Below, piece by piece: positions 59,224 through 64,000 of a stretch of 64,000 nucleotides of DNA. The stretch lies in assembly GCF_003497625.1 (NCBI RefSeq), contig NZ_DNNO01000031.1; one strand, 5' to 3'. Positions within the stretch are counted from its first letter, which is position 1. Each line of letters starts with the position of its first letter. The notes beneath the pieces were generated by a model that saw nothing but the letters and a program-made list of their open reading frames with translations, was not told the DNA's origin and did not search any database. The DNA comes from Flavobacterium sp. GTDB taxonomy: Bacteria; Bacteroidota; Bacteroidia; Flavobacteriales; Flavobacteriaceae. The position numbers were made by a program, and so were the translations under genes.

Positions 59224-59442
59224 CTTTTATTGTTTTAAATTAAGAAGAGAATACTTACAAATCACAAATTTTAAGTTTTTTTTAAGTTTTTTTCTCAAAA
59301 TAACTTGTAAAGTATAAAAATATTTATATTTTCGTATTTTATAATGAGTTTGTGTTACAGAATATTAACTTATTATTAAATAATTTCTTTTATTAGTAAG
59401 AGAATGATATAAATTATACTTTTGCGCCCAATGAGAACAATT

Positions 59443-59646
59443 ATGAATAAAATTATAACTATTTTAGTAGTACTTTTTAGTATTCAAGGTGTTTTAGCAG
59501 CAGATCCAACTCCGCCGCCTCCAACTCCACCACCACCACCAGGTTTACCTATTGATGGAGGATTAGTTATTTTATTCTTTTTGGCATTAGTTTCTGGTTA
59601 TTATTTATCTAAGAAATATATATCTATAAAAAAAGGCTCTTTGTAA
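59443..59646 (+). CDS. small secreted/membrane protein: signal peptide, Pro/Thr tract, PIDGG motif, TM helix, basic tail
   Basis: MNKIITILVVLFSIQGVLAADPTPPPPTPPPPPGLPIDGGLVILFFLALVSGYYLSKKYISIKKGSL. It is preceded by the -7-like box TACTTTTG (59417-59424). Confidence 0.5.
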   Translation: MNKIITILVVLFSIQGVLAADPTPPPPTPPPPPGLPIDGGLVILFFLALVSGYYLSKKYISIKKGSL

Positions 59647-59658
59647 GAGCCTTTTTTT
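59630..59658. terminator. bidirectional terminator between convergent genes
   Basis: aaaaaggctctt tgt aagagccttttt stem. Confidence 0.75.
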
Positions 59659-60247
59659 ATTTTCTTAATTCGTTCAATCGACTTACATATTTTCCAATTA
59701 CATCGAATTCTAAATTTACTTTTGTACCAATTTTAAAAGTATTAAAATTAGTGTGTTCGTAAGTGTATGGGATTATTGCAACACTAAACGTATTTAATCC
59801 AGAATTCACTACAGTTAAACTTGTTCCGTTCACTGTAATCGAACCTTTTTCAATAGTAATGTTGTTTAAAGAGGCGTCATATTCAAAAGTATAAACCCAA
59901 CTTCCATTTGCTTCCTTAATATTAGTGCAAGTTCCAGTTTGGTCAACATGTCCTTGAACAATATGTCCGTCAAGTCTATCGCCAAGTTTCATCGCGCGTT
60001 CTAAATTTACAACATCACCCACACTCCAAGTTCCAATAGAAGTCTTATCGATAGTTTCTTTAATCGCAGTTACCGTGTAGTTTTTGTTTTCAATTTTTAC
60101 CACGGTTAAACATATGCCATTATGGGCAACACTTTGGTCAATTTTTAATTCGTGAGTAATTTCTGATTCTACCGTTAAGTGCAGGTTTTCCTGATCTTTT
60201 TCGATTTCTTTTATAATTCCGAGCGTTTCTATAATTCCGGTAAACAT
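59657..60247 (-). CDS. ribE: riboflavin synthase
   Basis: ORF 59657..60439. The real start is MFTGIIETLG (ATG at 60247). It has two lumazine-binding repeats. Confidence 0.9.
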   Translation of the reverse strand: MFTGIIETLGIIKEIEKDQENLHLTVESEITHELKIDQSVAHNGICLTVVKIENKNYTVTAIKETIDKTSIGTWSVGDVVNLERAMKLGDRLDGHIVQGHVDQTGTCTNIKEANGSWVYTFEYDASLNNITIEKGSITVNGTSLTVVNSGLNTFSVAIIPYTYEHTNFNTFKIGTKVNLEFDVIGKYVSRLNELRK

Positions 60248-60305
60248 AACTGATTTAATTTTACTAAATTTGCACATCAAAAGTAAGCAATAAATCACAT
60301 TTGTC

Positions 60306-61355
60306 ATGGTTAAAAAAGCAGAAAATATAATTGTTGGAATTTCGATTGGAGATTTAAATGGTATTGGAAGCGAGGTTATTTTAAAAACATTTGAGGATAC
60401 TCGAATGTTAGAATTATGTACACCAGTAATTTTTGCCAATGTAAAAATCGTCTCTTTTTTAAAGAAAGAATTAAAGTTAGATGTTGCTATTCACGGAATT
60501 GATAAATTAGAACAATTAGTTGTTGGAAAAATCAATGTATTGAATGTTTGGCGCGAAGGTGTGAATTTAGAATTCGGGAAAAATGATGATGTTGTAGGAA
60601 GTTATGCTATAAAATCTTTTGTAGCGGCTACTAAAGCATTGAAAGAGGGTTTTGTTGATGTTTTGGTAACAGCACCTATTAATAAGTATAATATTCAATC
60701 AGAAGAATTTAAATTTCCAGGTCATACCGATTATTTAGATAAAGAATTAGAAGGCGATGCTTTAATGTTAATGGTTCATGATGATTTACGTGTTGGGTTA
60801 CTTACCGACCATGTTCCAGTGAATGAAGTAGCAAAGCATTTGAATGAAAAATTAATTTCGAGTAAAATTAAAACCATCATTCAAACGTTAAAACAAGATT
60901 TTGAAATTGAAAAACCAAAAGTTGCTGTTTTAGGATTGAATCCGCATTCTGGTGATAATGGTGTTATTGGTCAAGAAGAAGAAAAAATTATCAAACCGGC
61001 ATTAAAAAAATTATTTGAAGCAGGAAATATGGTTTTCGGACCTTTTCCAGCGGACGGATTTTTTGGTTCGGCACAATATGAAAAATACGATGCGGTAATT
61101 GCAACTTATCACGATCAAGGATTAATTCCTTTCAAAACGTTGTCGTTTGGTAACGGAGTCAATTACACGGCAGGATTAAATAAAGTTAGAACTTCTCCCG
61201 ATCACGGAACTGCATATGAAATTGCAGGTAAAGGAGTTGCTAATCACGAGTCATTTAAAGAGGCAGTTTATTTAGCAATTGATATTTATAACAAAAGAAA
61301 TGACTATCAAGAGCTGATTAAAAACCCTTTAAAAACAAAAGAAAAACAGTTATAA
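60306..61355 (+). CDS. pdxA: 4-hydroxythreonine-4-phosphate dehydrogenase
   Basis: Motifs GHTDYL, NPHSGDNG, ATYHDQGL and SPDHGTA. Confidence 0.9.
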   Translation: MVKKAENIIVGISIGDLNGIGSEVILKTFEDTRMLELCTPVIFANVKIVSFLKKELKLDVAIHGIDKLEQLVVGKINVLNVWREGVNLEFGKNDDVVGSYAIKSFVAATKALKEGFVDVLVTAPINKYNIQSEEFKFPGHTDYLDKELEGDALMLMVHDDLRVGLLTDHVPVNEVAKHLNEKLISSKIKTIIQTLKQDFEIEKPKVAVLGLNPHSGDNGVIGQEEEKIIKPALKKLFEAGNMVFGPFPADGFFGSAQYEKYDAVIATYHDQGLIPFKTLSFGNGVNYTAGLNKVRTSPDHGTAYEIAGKGVANHESFKEAVYLAIDIYNKRNDYQELIKNPLKTKEKQL

Positions 61356-61436
61356 ACAAAAAAATGTTCACAACTGGTTTGAATTTATAAATATTTTATA
61401 TCTTTGCACACCTTTTAAAAAGGTAAAACTGTTGTT

Positions 61437-61976
61437 ATGAATGATTTAAAAGAATATTTAATACCATTCGTGGGATTAAAAACAGGGAAGCATCAGTTTG
61501 ATTATCAAATAGATAATACGTTCTTTAAGAGCTTTGATTACGACGAATTTAATGCCGTTTCGGTCAAAGTAGATATTGTTTTAGAGAAGAAAAGCACAAT
61601 GCTTGAACTCGATTTTAAGCACAAAGGAACAGTAAATGTACCTTGCGATGTGTCTGGAGAAGAGTTCGATTTGCCAATTAAAGGAAAATTAAAACTTTTA
61701 GTTAAGTTTGGAGATACCTTTAATGATGAGAATGAGGAGTTGCTCATTTTGCCTCATGGTGAATTTCAAGTAAATGTAGCGCAATATATATATGAGTCTA
61801 TTATATTGTCAGTTCCTTTACGAAGAGTACATCCAGGTGTTAAAGATGGTTCTTTAACGGATGTAATTGAAAAACTGGAATCGCTTTCTCCAAAAGAAAA
61901 CAAAAAAGAAGAACAACAAAATAATGATATTGACCCTAGATGGGAGAATTTAAAAAAACTATTAACGGATAAATAA
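61437..61976 (+). CDS. YceD/DUF177-family protein
   Basis: 179 aa, lying immediately upstream of rpmF, which is a conserved arrangement in bacteria. It is preceded by the -7-like box TATCTTTG (61399-61406). Confidence 0.8.
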   Translation: MNDLKEYLIPFVGLKTGKHQFDYQIDNTFFKSFDYDEFNAVSVKVDIVLEKKSTMLELDFKHKGTVNVPCDVSGEEFDLPIKGKLKLLVKFGDTFNDENEELLILPHGEFQVNVAQYIYESIILSVPLRRVHPGVKDGSLTDVIEKLESLSPKENKKEEQQNNDIDPRWENLKKLLTDK

Positions 61977-61985
61977 AATAGAACA

Positions 61986-62180
61986 ATGGCACATCCTAAG
62001 AGAAGACAGTCGTCTACAAGAAGAGATAAAAGAAGAACACATTACAAAGCGACAGTTGCTCAAATCGCAACATGTCCAATAACTGGTGAGGCACACTTAT
62101 ACCACAGAGCTTACTGGCATGAAGGTAAAATGTACTACAGAGGTCAAGTTGTAATTGATAAAAATGAAGCAGTAGCTTAA
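61986..62180 (+). CDS. rpmF: 50S ribosomal protein L32
   Basis: [19 protein letters not shown]... Confidence 0.95.
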   Translation: MAHPKRRQSSTRRDKRRTHYKATVAQIATCPITGEAHLYHRAYWHEGKMYYRGQVVIDKNEAVA

Positions 62181-62200
62181 TTGCATCAGAAAAAATAGAG

Positions 62201-62228
62201 AAAACTCTCACATTGTGAGAGTTTTTTT
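62201..62228 (+). terminator. rho-independent terminator
   Basis: aaaactctcaca t tgtgagagtttt followed by a T-run. Confidence 0.8.
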
Positions 62229-62346
62229 GTTAAATACCTATTTCGTTTTATAATTAACAAAAACGAATAGGATTCGTTTGAAATTTTTTTTGTAATTTCC
62301 ACCACTTTTTGAATCTTAAAAATTCAGAAGGAAAAATTAATCGAAG

Positions 62347-63342
62347 ATGAATAAAATAACAGCAGCAATTACGGCAGTAGGTTCTTATGTTCCCGACTTT
62401 GTTCTGTCGAATCAAGTATTGGAAACATTAGTAGATACTAATGACGAATGGATTACCACTCGTACCGGAATTAAAGAAAGAAGATTGTTAAAAGAAGAAG
62501 GCCAAGGTACTTCTTTTATGGCAATTAAAGCCGCTCAAAACTTATTAGAGAAAGCTAATTTAGATCCTAAAGATATCGATTTAGTGATTATGGCAACGGC
62601 AACACCAGATATGCCAGTAGCTTCAACTGGAGTTTATGTAGCTACACAAATTGGCGCAACAAATGCTTTTGCATTTGATTTACAAGCCGCTTGTTCGAGT
62701 TTCCTTTTCGGAATGTCAACAGCATCAGCTTATATTGCATCCGGAAAATATAAAAAAGTTTTATTAATTGGTGCTGATAAAATGTCATCAATTATTGATT
62801 ATACAGACAGAGCTACTTGTATCATCTTTGGTGATGGAGCAGGAGCTGTATTGTTTGAACCAAATACAGAAGGATTAGGTCTTCAAGATGAAATTCTAAA
62901 AAGTGATGGAATCGGAAGAGAATTCTTAAAAATTGAAGCGGGCGGTTCTATTTTACCTCCTACTGAAGAAACCGTTAAAAACAAACAACATTTTGTTTTC
63001 CAAGACGGAAAAACGGTTTTCAAATACGCAGTTTCTGGAATGGCTGATGTAAGTGAGAAAATCATGGAGCGCAACAATTTGTCTCACGACGATATCAATT
63101 GGTTAGTGGCGCATCAGGCAAACAGAAGAATTATCGATGCTACTGCAAATCGTATGGAGTTAGACGAATCTAAAGTTCTAATCAACATTCAAAAATACGG
63201 AAATACCACTTCGGCAACCCTACCTTTATTATTATCAGATTTCGAAAACCAATTGAAAAAAGGAGATAACATTATCTTTGCAGCTTTTGGTGGCGGATTC
63301 ACATGGGGTGCTATCTATTTAAAATGGGCTTACACTAAATAA
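62347..63342 (+). CDS. fabH: 3-oxoacyl-ACP synthase III
   Basis: Active-site Cys context QAACSSF, HQAN, and GNTSATLPL. Confidence 0.95.
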   Translation: MNKITAAITAVGSYVPDFVLSNQVLETLVDTNDEWITTRTGIKERRLLKEEGQGTSFMAIKAAQNLLEKANLDPKDIDLVIMATATPDMPVASTGVYVATQIGATNAFAFDLQAACSSFLFGMSTASAYIASGKYKKVLLIGADKMSSIIDYTDRATCIIFGDGAGAVLFEPNTEGLGLQDEILKSDGIGREFLKIEAGGSILPPTEETVKNKQHFVFQDGKTVFKYAVSGMADVSEKIMERNNLSHDDINWLVAHQANRRIIDATANRMELDESKVLINIQKYGNTTSATLPLLLSDFENQLKKGDNIIFAAFGGGFTWGAIYLKWAYTK

Positions 63343-63368
63343 AAACAAACTAAACTAAATCAAATATT

Positions 63369-63854
63369 ATGGATATTAGAGAGATTCAAAACCTAATCAA
63401 ATTTGTAGCCAAATCAGGCGCTACAGAAGTTAAATTAGAAATGGACGATTTTAAAATCACCATAAAAACAACTGCTGAAGGAACAGAAAGCACTACAACT
63501 TATGTGCAACAAATGCCAATGCAAGCAGCGCCTCAAATGGCAGCTCCACAAGTAGCAGCAGCTCCTGCGGTTACTGATGCTCCAGCAGCTCCAGCAGCTG
63601 ATGATAATGCAAAATATATTACAGTAAAATCGCCAATCATTGGTACTTTCTATAGAAAACCAGCTCCAGACAAACCAATGTTTGTTGAAGTAGGTTCAAC
63701 TATCGGAAAAGGAGATGTTCTTTGTGTGATTGAAGCAATGAAATTATTCAACGAAATCGAATCAGAAGTTTCAGGAAAAATCGTGAAAATTTTAGTAGAT
63801 GATTCTTCTCCAGTTGAATTTGATCAACCTTTATTCTTAGTTGATCCATCTTAA
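63369..63854 (+). CDS. accB: acetyl-CoA carboxylase biotin carboxyl carrier protein
   Basis: Ala/Pro-rich linker and biotinylation motif CVIEAMKLFNEIE. Confidence 0.95.
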   Translation: MDIREIQNLIKFVAKSGATEVKLEMDDFKITIKTTAEGTESTTTYVQQMPMQAAPQMAAPQVAAAPAVTDAPAAPAADDNAKYITVKSPIIGTFYRKPAPDKPMFVEVGSTIGKGDVLCVIEAMKLFNEIESEVSGKIVKILVDDSSPVEFDQPLFLVDPS

Positions 63855-63924
63855 TTTGAAAAAAGTGTAATCATTTGAATTCATTTTCAAATTTTCAAAT
63901 TGTTTAATTTTCAAATTAAAACCT

Positions 63925-64000
63925 ATGTTTAAAAAAATATTAATTGCCAATAGAGGGGAAATTGCACTTCGTGTAATTAGAACTTGTAGAGAAATGGGCA
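63925..64000 (+). CDS. accC: acetyl-CoA carboxylase biotin carboxylase, 3'-partial
   Basis: [25 protein letters not shown] runs off the end of the window. Confidence 0.85.
   Translation, partial: MFKKILIANRGEIALRVIRTCREMG

Noticed and set aside
60248-60439. Extended N-terminus of the riboflavin synthase ORF
   Set aside because: The canonical RibE start MFTGIIE is at 60247. The extension overlaps the pdxA start region on the other strand.

Overview
AT-rich chromosomal window that looks like Bacteroidota/Flavobacteriaceae: SusC/SusD pair, T9SS C-terminal sorting domains, and TAnnTTTG -7 promoter boxes. All calls below were made by eye, with no database searches or computed statistics.

Layout:
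(1) 1-14.2 kb: a 5'-partial OmpA-family gene, a cluster of signal-peptide/T9SS surface proteins built from shuffled modules, a TlpA-like thioredoxin, and a divergent LytS-type histidine kinase / LytTR response regulator pair.
(2) 14.6-36.5 kb, accessory region:
- An operon encoding a T9SS-CTD repeat protein, an SpvB/TcB-like protein, an RHS polymorphic toxin and its immunity protein.
- A ~10.4 kb plasmid-like element: Rep-like HTH gene with six iterons, 56-57 bp tandem repeats, three tyrosine recombinases, a P-loop primase/helicase-like protein, and unknown cargo.
- A displaced (orphan) rhs core stub with a second toxin tip and immunity gene, a truncated second copy of the Rep-like gene, an IS1-family element, and IS1 relics.
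(3) 36.5-56.3 kb: a complete starch/maltodextrin PUL (T9SS-secreted GH13 amylase, SusE/F-like, SusD, SusC, LacI regulator, MFS transporter, pgmB, GH65, GH97, two GH13 enzymes).
(4) 56.4-64 kb: housekeeping genes (LolC/E-like permease, rbfA, mce, tRNA-CAU, ribE, pdxA, yceD-like, rpmF, fabH, accB, accC start).

Most interesting candidate: two collinear direct-repeat pairs about 10.4-10.6 kb apart give the layout rhs-CT1-imm1-[replicon backbone]-core stub-CT2-imm2-[backbone stub]. This is what a single crossover between a small circular replicon carrying an rhs tip/immunity cassette and the chromosomal rhs core would produce. It suggests a plasmid-borne mechanism for swapping toxin tips.
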